The notes under the pieces: generated by a model
Database searches by the model: none
Told to the model about the DNA's origin: nothing
The model's input: only the letters and a program-made list of their open reading frames with translations
Assembly (NCBI GenBank): GCA_045837725.1
Contig: JBEWZL010000278.1
Location: 62,001-126,000, forward strand
Reading direction: 5' to 3'
From: Vermamoeba vermiformis
Taxonomy: Eukaryota
Length of the DNA stretch: 64,000 nt
Translations under genes and position numbers: made by a program
Shown here: positions 22,479-35,952 of the stretch, piece after piece
How positions within the stretch are numbered: position 1 is the stretch's first letter
How the letters are laid out: each line of letters begins with the position of its first letter

Positions 22479-25361
22479 TTATTGTGGCACGTTAGCAGCA
22501 GGGTATCCGTTTGGATAGTAAGGGTATTGTTGGGTGGGTACCATGTGGGGTGGGTAGTTCGGATGCGGTTGACCTGGCTGTGGGTAACCTTGCATGTACG
22601 GATTGCTATTGTAAGGCATCGGTTGGCCATATACATTAGGTGGCATGCCGTAGTAGCCTTGCGGCGGGTAATAACCTTGGTGTGGTTGTGGCACGAAATT
22701 TCCGTATTGTTGCTGGACTGTCACGTGTTGCGGTGGGTACATCGGCTGTTGAGGAGGATAAGCTGCCATATGGCCTGGTGTAAACGGCTGTGCTTGGACA
22801 AGGTTGGCGTTTAGCTTTGCCGATTGAGGTCCGAACGTGATTGGCTGCATTGGCGAGGGAGCTGAAGTCGTGCCATTGGCTTGCTTCGACACGCCGCTGA
22901 TCGTCTTGACAGGTGTCGGCTCGAGTTCAATTTTAGCGCTGTTATTAACCTTCTCGGGGACTACTTGAGACACGGGTTGGACGACAGGTTGGGCTACTTG
23001 AGGCTGAGCAGATTGTTGCACGCCGTTCGGCTGCGCAGTACTAGCAGGCTTTTGTTGTGTGGCAGCACTGCCATTCTCCGGCAATTGTTGTTCACCAATC
23101 GCTTGAACAGGCTTGGCAACAGCACCAGTAGTCGTTTGAGCTGCCTTAGCTGTGCTATTCGGCTGAGCGACTTGAGAAGTCTGTTGCTGTTCCACAGGCT
23201 TCTCTGTGTTATTTTGAGTAGGCTGGGCAGTTGTGTTCGGTGTAGGGCTTTGAACGGCCTGTTGTTTCTCTTTGAACTTTTGTAAACCGACCCAAACAGG
23301 TGGAGGCGCCATCGGCTTCTTAGGCTGGGCTGTTTCAACGGGTTTTTCTTCCTTCTCTTGCTGTTTCGATGCTGAAGGCTGCTTAGGCTTCTCTTGTTGA
23401 CTATTTTGATGGCCTTGCGTGCCCTTCTTGGGGGCAGCTTTGGGAGCACCAGATTGTTTGGGCTGTGCCTTTGGTGCTTCTTTAGCTGGCGCGGGCGTTG
23501 CGGTCTCGGCAGGTTTGACTGGCTCGACTGGTTTAGCCTTGGCCATCGCTAAAATCTGCGCGTAAGACATCTTCGTCATGCCCTTGCTTTGAGTCAAAGG
23601 ATTGGCTTGTTGGTCACTTGTACTAGTCTCAGTCTTTGTAACTTCGGGCTTAACTTCAGGTGTACTCTCTGGCGTTTGAGTATCTTGCTGTACTTCGTTT
23701 GTAGCATCATTTTCGGTGACCTCGTTAGCAAGCTCGGGATTTTCGGCGATTTCTTCGCCTTCCTTGGGAGGCTCGACTTTGGGCTTCGGAGGCTCCGAGA
23801 ACTTTTGTGCCCAATTGACTGGCTTGCCCCACACACTTGGTGGCGGTGCAACTTCGTCACGTGGCTTTGGTGATGTTCGGACAGGCTAAATTTAGAAAGG
23901 TTAGGGTCAGTTTTCGTCAAAAGCGAGTGATGACTTTTGCAGAATTTTTCTAGTCATGCAGAAAATAAATAAACTAAATATTATTATTAACATACTGCAG
24001 GTGCCGGCTGTCGGTTAGCTCTGTTATCGTTACGTCGTTTTTTCTTCGACTTGACGTCCTGAAATCCCGGTGACTCGGGATCGCACGCGTTAACATTTTC
24101 TTCATTCAACATGTACGCCATTTGTCTATCTTCCTCCTCCATATCTAAACAACAATATTATTACTATATAATGATAATAGTATAATATCGAATTGGTACG
24201 TACTTGCAAGTTCATGCAGCCACAAATCATAGCCAACATTTTGGTACGCGAATTCTTTCTCGTTTTTAGGCTCGTTCAATACTTCAGCCACTAAATCGAC
24301 CACAAGTTCTATTTAAAATAGCATTAGGACTATATTAAAAGAAAATAATATCGATATTGCCTTACCTTGACAAAAGATTAAATAATCCATTTGTTTCTTA
24401 GTATATACAAGGTCGTAATGGTTGCCGTACGAGTAGCATAATTTAATTTGGTTCTTAAATCCGTTGTCTATCGGCGGAATTTCACCGTTGGAATGGATCT
24501 CGAAGTTTACTCTGAAAAAAAAATTAGAAATTTTGTAACGCGTTGGATCTCGCCAGTAAATCATACTTATACAAAAGCGATAACGCCTGAAGCTCTATTT
24601 GACCGCCCCAACAGATGTCCTAATAAAGAAATTAGTATTCGTTCGAGGTAAGTTTTTCGGATGTGGATCTGGTCTTACCAAACTCATAGCATGAAGATAA
24701 TCGTCGAATGTCTGGCCATCAGGCAATGCAACGAAATCTTGAAAGTCTTGGCGGTTTTGACGCAAGTATTCAACGCACTCTAAGCGCACTTTTCGGTGCA
24801 TGACTTGAGTTGCGTAAATGGATTCAGCAATGGCGCGAAACTAAAAGCAAATAATTATAAGCATTAATATTTGTGGCTTATTAAATATAATAGCACGAAT
24901 ATACGAGGGATTAGATTCAAATGCTACCCCAAAATGAAAAGACAATTTGCGATCGCGAACAGAAAATTGTTAGTCAATTCTTTAATTACAAATACAACCA
25001 TAAAATAATGTATTTGCTTATATTAAAGCATCTCAAGTCTTGCAATTAATTATAAGAATTATTCAGTATTAATTTCCGGCCTCATCCATTTTTTATATTC
25101 TTCAGTATTTTTAAATATTCAATAAAAGCTTACCAAACAAGCACCATCCTTAGGCATTTGTTTTCTAACCAATCCTAACGAGTCTAACTTCGCATCCAAA
25201 ATCAAGATCTCGTCGTCTTCATTTTGTTTTGCTGCGGGCTGGCCCGCTGAAGGTATAGAAACATTATTAGGCTCTATAACTGTTTCTATTGTGAATTCAG
25301 AGTTAGTTTGGCCAATAGGCTTTTTGTTGGCTCGCTTCTGCGGTTGCTTTCTTCGACTCAT
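22479..25361 (-). CDS. OTU-family deubiquitinase with long Q/P/Y-rich low-complexity C-terminus
   Basis: Catalytic motifs MPKDGACLFRAIA and LCYSYGNHYDLV across exons; final 451-aa ORF rich in P/Q/Y. Confidence 0.88.
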
Positions 25362-25707
25362 CTCGATCCGATCAGATCTATTTACAAATAATAGTGATAG
25401 TCAAAGAGAGCCTGTTATAGATGAAATAAATAATAAACAATAAAACGAAAAATTCTGGCTGTCTTTTCGCGTCGAAACAAGTTCACAATTTTTCTTCGGC
25501 AGAGTCAAACACGGGTCAAGATCCAGCTCTCCGTTGCGCCAACACGTAAGATGGATCGTTTGCTGTAGCTAGCGGATGGATCTAGGAAGATGGGCGTAAT
25601 ACGAGATGCCGAACAGTCTATTCGGCCGTCTATTCGTTCTAAGAGGCCGAATTTTTCCAGCTTTAAATAGTATTTTTCGAAGCTAAACTCAAACACAATT
25701 GATTATC

Positions 25708-28176
25708 ATGGCTGATAACAATCAAACATCTAAGATAGACTTAATTGAAGAAGAAGAAGGTACCCCGTCACTTAGTTATAATTTTACGCTAAATCCAACT
25801 TGACCGTTGCAACGGTCTTGTGGTATTTTTTTTATTAGTAAACAAAAATTATTAAGAAATTATATTAATTAACTTACAGTTGCTACGAGGATGTTAAACT
25901 TCACCAGCGGAAAGGATGGATTTGCGATACTCGAACCAATTCCGGTTCAAGATACAAATGTTATACTGAAGTCTCTAATAGAGCCAAAGCCAGAAAAGGA
26001 GCGTTCGGCCAAAGAATAAGGGCTCTCATTTATTTCTGGTTTTATTTCTGATTTTTTTCGAATTTTTCTATTATTCTTTTTTGCTTTATAATGTAGGTAT
26101 GACTTCTTTTATGAAGTTAATAAAACAATGAAATACCGATATAATATTGTGGTGGGCTCGTTTCTGTTACCGGTGGATCTCCATCTCGCGATCCGTTCCA
26201 ACCAAAGAGGGATCACAAGCAACTACGGTGCGACTTGTAAAGCATGCTTCATTGTATATTCATATATACATATTGTATTAGATTTCGACTTAGCGTTAAC
26301 GGGCAAAGTGGTTTCCACTATTTTTTCCGGTAAAAGGCAAGAATTTACTGCGAAGGGAAATCGCGTTGACCTTGAAATGTACTAAGCCTGAAAATCATCA
26401 GAACGTTTCAGAACTTGTTCATTAAGCAAGATGGAAACACCCTTTACCAAGTAAGTCCAACTTTTTTTTAATTGCGGTTATAGTACTGTACGATAAAAAA
26501 TGTACCAAGACTTTGTGACAACAAATGTCAAGATCTTCTGCCACCAAATTCTACAAACTAGATTAGTATGATCTGATGCGTATATAGACTAACAAATCTA
26601 AGCAGCGCTCCTCCCGCGCAACAACAAGAACTTCTAACTTCTGTGTGGCTTTACTCCACGGAGAAGGGTCGAGAAAATAAGAAGCGACCTTACAAGTACT
26701 GGATGAACAACACTGAAATGTTCTTTGAGGTCTACATTTCTCTCCCGGTCACAAATCCAGACATCCCATTGCTACTCCAAGCGACGTACAAGTCCTTCAT
26801 TCAAAACGCTATGATATACTCCTACCAGAACGAATTTAAGAACAATGCGCCCATCACGTACATCCCCGCCAACGTCTTTTCGAACCCGATGGTGGATGAC
26901 ATCCGGTCCGTCACTTTGACCAATTATGGTTGGAGAATACCCTTCCGATGCCACATATCGTTGCCTATCGATAAAGTTCGATACATCAAGCTATTCGTTC
27001 AGCAATCCTCCGTCGAATTTGGGATCTACTCAAAAGCAAGCTCCAAAAACAAACTGGACGCTGGTACCCCCACACTTTTCCCCCTAATAAGTAAGCGTTA
27101 TATATCACTAATTTTTCTTACTTGTTATTCCGAATTTATTTCGCACTCGAGATAAAGCCAGATAATTCCAAAAAAGGCAATGTGCAATAAAAAATTTAAG
27201 AATTAAGAATTTACTAAGACGGTTTCGAATTCGGTTCTAATCGATCTATTATAGGAGAATTAACGATGGCCCCTAACAACTTACCTCCGATTTACCTCCA
27301 GATCCCGAACAACCAAGTTTATCCTTCAGCGCAAAATAACTCCCCAGCTAGTAATAGCTCGTACAACGGTACAACCACCTTTCCGTATGAGAACTACACC
27401 AATCAACCGCCAAATAGCGGCAGATCGGACGAGTTCGACAGTTTGAGCTCGGACGACTATTTGTCAGGCGAAGGTTCGGATGGCAATTCGGCCTCACCTC
27501 GCAAAAGAGGCTCGCTAGTGTCTAGTAACAAGTCAATAGGCTTCAGCAACCTCGCTTTGGACGAAAAAGACAGCAGTTCATCCGAGTACGATGATACTAA
27601 ACCTAAGAAGCCCAAGACACGACGAACACAAATAGCCGAAAACAGACGAAGAGCTTCATTAAAGTTGCGAAGCAGTTCTGAGAACGCTCCCGCTATTGAA
27701 GCTCCAATGCACGAGCGAAGCGCTTGTTCAGGCAATAGTGCCAGCGCTGACGACAGCCAAGTTAGTAAGTTGAAAAATATACTTTTTTACTTACGAGTAT
27801 TGATATTGACTTTCTTGCTTTTGCAGCATCACCGAGCGATCCGGAATCTGGCACCTCAGGCGATAATAAAACCAGTGACTCTGATAAGAGCTACCTAGAA
27901 TCGCGACAATTCACCTTACTAGACCCCATGCAGCTTCAGCCATTTGCGAATAAAACGGCTGCAGATTTTGGATGGGTGCTAGGACGGCGAACTCCAACCT
28001 CTGAACACAAACTATGTAAATAATTACTATTAGCGTTTTTCGTAATAAATACTACCTTACCTTAATCTGCCCGACAAGCTCTTTGCACCGTTAGGACCAT
28101 CGACGCTAAAGGATCCCACCTGGCCTACAGAGAGTGCTCGGATCTCGTCCAGTCACGCGCCTGTGTCGAATTGTAG
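25708..28176 (+). CDS. Multi-exon hypothetical protein, probably nuclear
   Basis: The 3' exons checked are phase-compatible; basic NLS-like stretches (SPRKR, KPKKPKTRR); no family recognised. Confidence 0.55.
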
Positions 28177-28285
28177 AAGACGCGGGAATTAATTCTAATC
28201 ATTCTACATTTATTGAAGATAATGTATTTACATTATCGGTGAATAAATCTGCGCTAAAATGAAAAACAGATCGGATCGAATCCGT

Positions 28286-30485
28286 TTAAAGTTTGCTTCG
28301 CAACATAAAGTTAGAAATGTTACCCTTCAGCAACTGTCTGCAGGTATCAATATGTTGATAAAGGTAAGCCTCCCACGATATGTTCTTAATGTTGATGAAG
28401 AACTTTTCGGCCTCTTCTTTGTTGATCATGCGGCGCAACTCTTGCAAGTTATCGGTGCGGAAGATCTGTTGCTGAACTTGATTGCCGACGTAAGGCGTGA
28501 GCTTAAGAAGTGACTTGAGAACCTTATCCTTCTCCGACATCTGCAAAAACTCTTGCATCGAGCAGTTCTGAAGAGGTTCTTCGAGCTTGATCACCTTCTT
28601 CGTTACTGGATGCTTCATCGGCTTGTCTTGGAAATACTTGAATGTAATAGCTTTCAAGTCGCGAAGAGAGAGTGGATTTTCCATGCCAGAACAAACCTAC
28701 GAAGCATAATAAGTAAATTGGAATTTGGCGAACGTAAGATCTTGCAAGATCTTGCAATTTTGTTTAGCTTTCCAAGTGAAACGAAATATAATATATCGTA
28801 TTCAACCATAGCAGCTAGCAAATTTAAGCTTCAATCGAGGAGTTAAATAAAAAAGGGACGAACTTTCGCGGTCCTCCAGTACGCGATCCTCAATTCGAAG
28901 CTCTAGCACGAATAATGTCGTAATCAAATACTTACGTGGAACACCTTGATATCAGGCTTCTTATCCATCGCGTATTTCGTCGACAAGATGCATACATTGG
29001 CGAGAATATCAGCCGGCATGCAATCCCAAGTAAAGCTCTCGTTATGAGGGAACGCCCTTCATTAATAGGTCGCGTTAATTGCGTACTATATATATATATT
29101 CATTATGTATTACGTACTTCAAGTTTCCAGTACCGTAAGCCAAGAAGATCGGCTCGCTTCCTTTGAAGCCTTCGATGAATCCAGGGAAAGGCGACTTGAA
29201 GCACGACTCAATGACTGAAGGACGCACTATGATTACAGGCCAGTTGCCTCTCATCTTAGTTACGATCAATTCACCGAGAGCCTTGGTGTAATGGTACGTA
29301 TCCGGAAAACCTATTGAAAAATGAAATAAATACCCGAATCTTTGATAATGAAACTGAAATATTAGTACATACCATGCTCTTGAGCGCGTTCTAGACCGAG
29401 ATCAGTCAATTCCTCGAAGAGCTTTGTGTTGTCGTCCAAAGAGTACTTGGCCTTGATGGATGCGATTTCATTGTTGACTTCCAAGAGCTAAATCAACTAT
29501 TAGCCTCTATTCTTACTTATTTAAGCTCATAGTAATTTTAGCAATACCACTTGATTCATTTAATGATAAAAGAAAAGTTTTGTAATAGGGATCGGGATCT
29601 TGCTTACTTCTTTGTCAAGTCCACCAACGAGAGTTTCTTCGAGCAACTCTTCTTTAATTTCGCCAGTTTTGTCCTTAGTCATCAAGGCGGCAACAGAAGA
29701 AACATGAATAAAGCCCTTCAGCTGCGAGCAAGTCTTAGCGAACTTGACCAAGTTCAGAACTCCATTAGCATTGGCGCGCATCATAGTATCAACTCTATAA
29801 TATAATATTATTAGACAGACATTAATAGAGCAAAACGCTGGATGGAGATCCGGAAAAATTTTCGTTGCAATGGAATTCTAACGCCGCAATATTATCATAT
29901 TAATATTCATTAGTCCTACCTCCATCTAAAGTTGACGTTCGAGGCAGCATTGATCACGAAATGGATACTTTCACTGATCTTTTTTGCAACTGTCACATCC
30001 TCGAAGATCTGCTCTTCACCAAGCTCTCCAATTACGGGCTCAATCTTTTCAATAAATTTCTATGGTAAAATGGTATTAGTATCGAATTTAAAGCGTATCG
30101 AATAAATTTTATTTTGTTACTTGAATCTGGTGAACAATGTGTCACTTTAATACCGTCGAAAATATTACGACAAATTACGCAATATTATAAAGAATAAATT
30201 TACGTCCTAATTTATAGTTTTAGACTTATTGAATTGTCAATAAATTGATGATTTTGTTACCTGAAACCCCTTGGCGTATCTAATGCGCAGAGCATCGAAG
30301 GCTTTGCTCGAGATGATCTCCTTATCAAATCGTTGCTTTAATGAGGCACTGCCTTCTTTCTTGCGAAAAAGAACATAGATTTTGCCGATGTTGGGCACTT
30401 CGCTTAACAATTTAACCAATACGACTTTTCCTACGAAACCAGTGGCTCCAGTGAGCAAAATCGTAGTGCCATTCAACCAGCTCAT
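28286..30485 (-). CDS. Fatty acyl-CoA reductase (NAD_binding_4 / male-sterility family)
   Basis: ILLTGATGFVGKVVL, DTYHYTKALGE (YxxxK) and IVRPSVIES motifs. Confidence 0.9.
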
Positions 30486-30835
30486 CGCATTTGCAATCTG
30501 TTGTTGCTAGTAAATAAAAAGTTCCCACGCGCAAAACTTTATTGGTGCGATTGATCACGTGATCGTTTAAAAATCTTCGTTATATCTCCAATAATCTAAT
30601 ATAAATTTGATTATTGTCCGGTCTTGCATGACCACTCCTGATATGGTCAAGTTTTTAATTATTTTGGATGTCGCTCTACCCAATTTGACGCTTTTCGATT
30701 TGTCAGCCAATTTTCATGATTCTATATCAGTCTATTAAGTAATTATTCGCTATTTACATGAGGTTTCTTTACATTTATAATCGCTTGTAAGGACCAATTA
30801 AATTTATTTTTTATTGTACTTATTTTTTTTTAAAT

Positions 30836-32534
30836 TTACAATTTTGCAGCGACAACGAATTTAGCGCCAATAGACAAATGATCGCTAGGATAATCTTTGG
30901 CAGGCAATCTATTCGGAAACTTCTCGATCTGCGGAATTTCCTGCAACCCGGTCACGATCAGATTCGAATCCTTGCCTTGTCGGTACAAAATATAATCAAT
31001 TGTGCGCAGTATTTCCACCGATCTCTTCTTATATGTAGTATAGGGCACTGCACGAGGTCCTGATGTCGCATCCAAATCGTACGCTGAATTCAACACGTAG
31101 TCGTTCGTGTACGTTTTGCTACGACCAACTGTTAATAAAACGAGCCATGCAATATTATAACATATGACTAATGATTTCAAGTCATATGACTAAAAATAGC
31201 AATGAGAAAATGATACAATAAGGCACTCGGCGACATTCGATTTAACACCCAAAATTGAAAAATATTGATTGTAAATAGGAGATCGAGCAATGATATTGGC
31301 CCGATTACTAAATAAGGAAATATTTTGTACTAACCCTCCACTCTGACATTGTCCTTTAGTCGCGTAATTGATCACATCGCTCACGGGGAAATCATTGCCG
31401 TCCATCGCCAACTAGAGGTACTTCGTTAATACTATATCCATATATATACTCAATAGGATTATAGACATATTATTAGCACTTACAATTACGGGCCAAGCAC
31501 GCGCATTGAATTTTTCAACGGCCTTCAACAATTTGTTCATTTGTTTGGATCTGACTGTCTCAAAACCAACTGAAAAAGCAATATAAGTATTATTTCGATG
31601 TTACTATACACTATTCAGGAAATATTAGACTTACGTCCTGCTTTCAAGTGCGTTGTAACGATGCAAATTCCCTGAATGAAAAATTTCTTCAGTAACGATC
31701 GCTTAGGATAATATAATAATATATTAATGCATATATATATATATATTAAATACGACTATGACCAAAATTCGAAGGTTAAGCCGATAAAGCTTTAAAGAAA
31801 ATAAAATGGTTCGTGCACGAAAGTGGATGCTGTTGCAGCTGGTAGAAAGGAACTTACCGATTCGGGCTTTGCGCTACCATTGGACTTGGGAAGAAAATGA
31901 GCAAAAATAGCTACATGAGAGCCGCTGCCGTATTCAAATAGCTTGTGGTCAACGAGATCAAACCGATCGGCACGATAAAACAACGCACAGCCATCGAGGT
32001 TACTGCCTACTTTCTTCTTATATAATCCAGCAAAGCCTAATATATTAAATTTAAGCAAAATAAGCATTGAGTTAGCTTAAATAACGGATCAAAATAAAGC
32101 TTACCTTTTTTTTCTAAATTGGGCTTTAAAAAGTCGTGATAATGATCTACTTCTTGTAGCGAAACAAAATCATAATCGTTTTCTAATATGATCGCTAGTT
32201 GATTCGCACAACGATTCTTCCAAAGCAAGACTTCGGGATCGACAAATTGAAACGACTCAGTCGTTGATAAATAATCAGCTAAGACGTTCCATTGAAGCAT
32301 ATTGAATACGAATGCACCGTCTATAATTAAAAATAATTGTTAATTTAATTATTAATAATAAAGACTCGATAACCAATTTTAACGAATTTTTTGAGATACT
32401 ACAGCTTTTTGTTAGTGACGATTGCGTATAAAATCGGGTCGATGCTCGTGTATTTATAATATTTAGTAAGTCCACTCACCAACTGAATTCTCTAAAGTGT
32501 TAAATGCTCGTGTTACAAAAGGTGAACTAGCCAT
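30836..32534 (-). CDS. Nocturnin/CCR4-like exonuclease-endonuclease-phosphatase family protein
   Basis: LQWNVLA, SLQEVD, DGCALFY, TTHLKA, TIDYILY and YPSDHL motifs. Confidence 0.88.
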
Positions 32535-32862
32535 CTGTTTCTTTGTTCTGCAATAGACTATCGATAATCTGCCAATATGTCTTTATTTATGGTCTTTCTA
32601 ATATTTCGCAAATGATACGTCGAGTTGTTATGTGAACCAGGGATAGGAAAACGAAACTAGGGAGGATGGAGGCAAAAAAGTTGCCAATTTTTCAACCTTT
32701 AAATTTAGGTAAAAGAAACTCGGTTTAGTCATGAATGAAACCTCGAACACTCGACCACAACTCTTACACTAACATTGGTCGGCAATGAATCTTATTCTTT
32801 CCTCATCGACCAATCCTTTCTACCATCCCTACGCTCCTGTGCCTAGCATCGAGCTGTGCAGG

Positions 32863-33957
32863 ATGGAAGACAAATGCTTCTCGTGCAATAGCTACGACCT
32901 CGTAGAAGGTGCCCTATAATATTAATACGAGAAGCGTGTAATCGCTAGCCGTTACATTATTTTCAACTTCAATCTGAGAAATAATTCAAAATAAGCATTA
33001 GAATACGCTTAATAATTACTATAACCCTAAAATAATTTTGTATTTATATCAGCAAACATATATATGATTTTTCCAGCATTTTCGCTCGCTAACTTTGCCG
33101 AGTAGATTATGATCGTGGAGATGTGGTCTGCAGAAACTGCGGTTATGTCCAGACCGAAAGACTGATTGCCGACGATCAGCAGGACTTTCGTAACTTCGAA
33201 GGCGACGATAACCACAAGAACCACTTCGGTCAAGCCACATCCATCTTCTATCCAGGCCAATTGACCTCGCGTAACAAGTTCGTGCAGGACGAGGTTGAAT
33301 TCTTGTGGCGTGGTTTCAGAAAAATTCGTCGCCTCGTTGAACGAGTCCAACGCGGTCGTGGCTGCCACCAAAGTGTCGAGGTACATCCGCATCTTTGCAA
33401 AACTTTTTTTCAGTTGTTTTTTTTATGTTACGAATTTAATATGCTCACATCTATTGTACCCGCAGAGCGCTGCTAAAAGCATATTCTATCGTGCCTATGA
33501 AATGATGGTATCGGAAAAAAAGGGCACGAAAAAGATGACCCGAACAAATACCGATCGACAACGCTTTGCTCGTTTAAAAACATTTGTCGTTGCCGCTGTT
33601 TGGCGATCGTTGCACAAATATGTCTATTGTTACTTGACTGAAGAGGAACGAAAGAAAAAAATATGCGTCGTGCACCAACCAGAAAGTATGATAATTTTTA
33701 GATCTGATCTGCTTTATTCGTCGCACGTTCTCTTCGTAGTCCAATATTATCCTTTCATAAGATATATATATATATGTATTCGCGGTTTGATATAATATTA
33801 TTCTGAGCCATTTTTATGAAAACTTTAACGAGATCCGTCTGTCTGTGCGCTAACGTGCCGTACTTACCTTTATGCAGCCTTAAGTGAAATGCTATCGGGA
33901 GCGAAAGTAACACGTGACTCAGTTAATAAGTGCTTGAAGGAGATTGGTGAATTCTAG
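32863..33957 (+). CDS. Short TFIIB-like protein: zinc ribbon plus a single cyclin-like repeat
   Basis: CFSC..DYDRGDVVCRNCGYVQTERLIAD..DFRNF followed by one helical repeat ending at TAG 33955-33957; in-frame upstream ATG at 32785. Confidence 0.7.
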
Positions 33958-34258
33958 AGCGGGATAAGGAAATGAAGTTTGCTCCGGCAATTGGCTTCGT
34001 GCTACAAGAGTACGAGCCAAGTGCAAGATTCAAAGAATCTCATTATTAATGCCATTACATCAAGTTGTAATGGTTTGTAATATAGATAAACAAGTTTTAA
34101 CGGTCAAGCAGTTGAACAACGGATTTGATCTTCAAAATTGTTTTATTCGCAAAGCAATAAACCTGCGTTTGTAAGGAACACATTTGCAATAAAACCTACT
34201 ATTCAATATAGCTAGGAATAAAGTGCAAATGCTTGTCTTGTAGATCACCGGATCAGAT

Positions 34259-35649
<1,391 letters not shown>

Positions 35650-35952
35650 GATGATTGATGATAAAAGAGAAATAAAAGAATAATTGAACGCGTATTTTTG
35701 GCTTGACGATTTTTTTTCCCTAACATTATAATGCGGAGAAAAGGCGTACGAAAAATCTTCTCGAGAGTTGTAGCTTGCATTAGGTTTATAAACAACTCTA
35801 TAATGCCATTATTGCCGAAAGATGAATGATTTCACCTGCCTTTCTCTCTCTGATTTGGCATTTTTCTTACGGTCGCAAGATCAGTACATAAATCCAAAAT
35901 GATTCGTATTCATCTTGTTGGTTTATTAATGTACATTATAAATTCAGCATGT

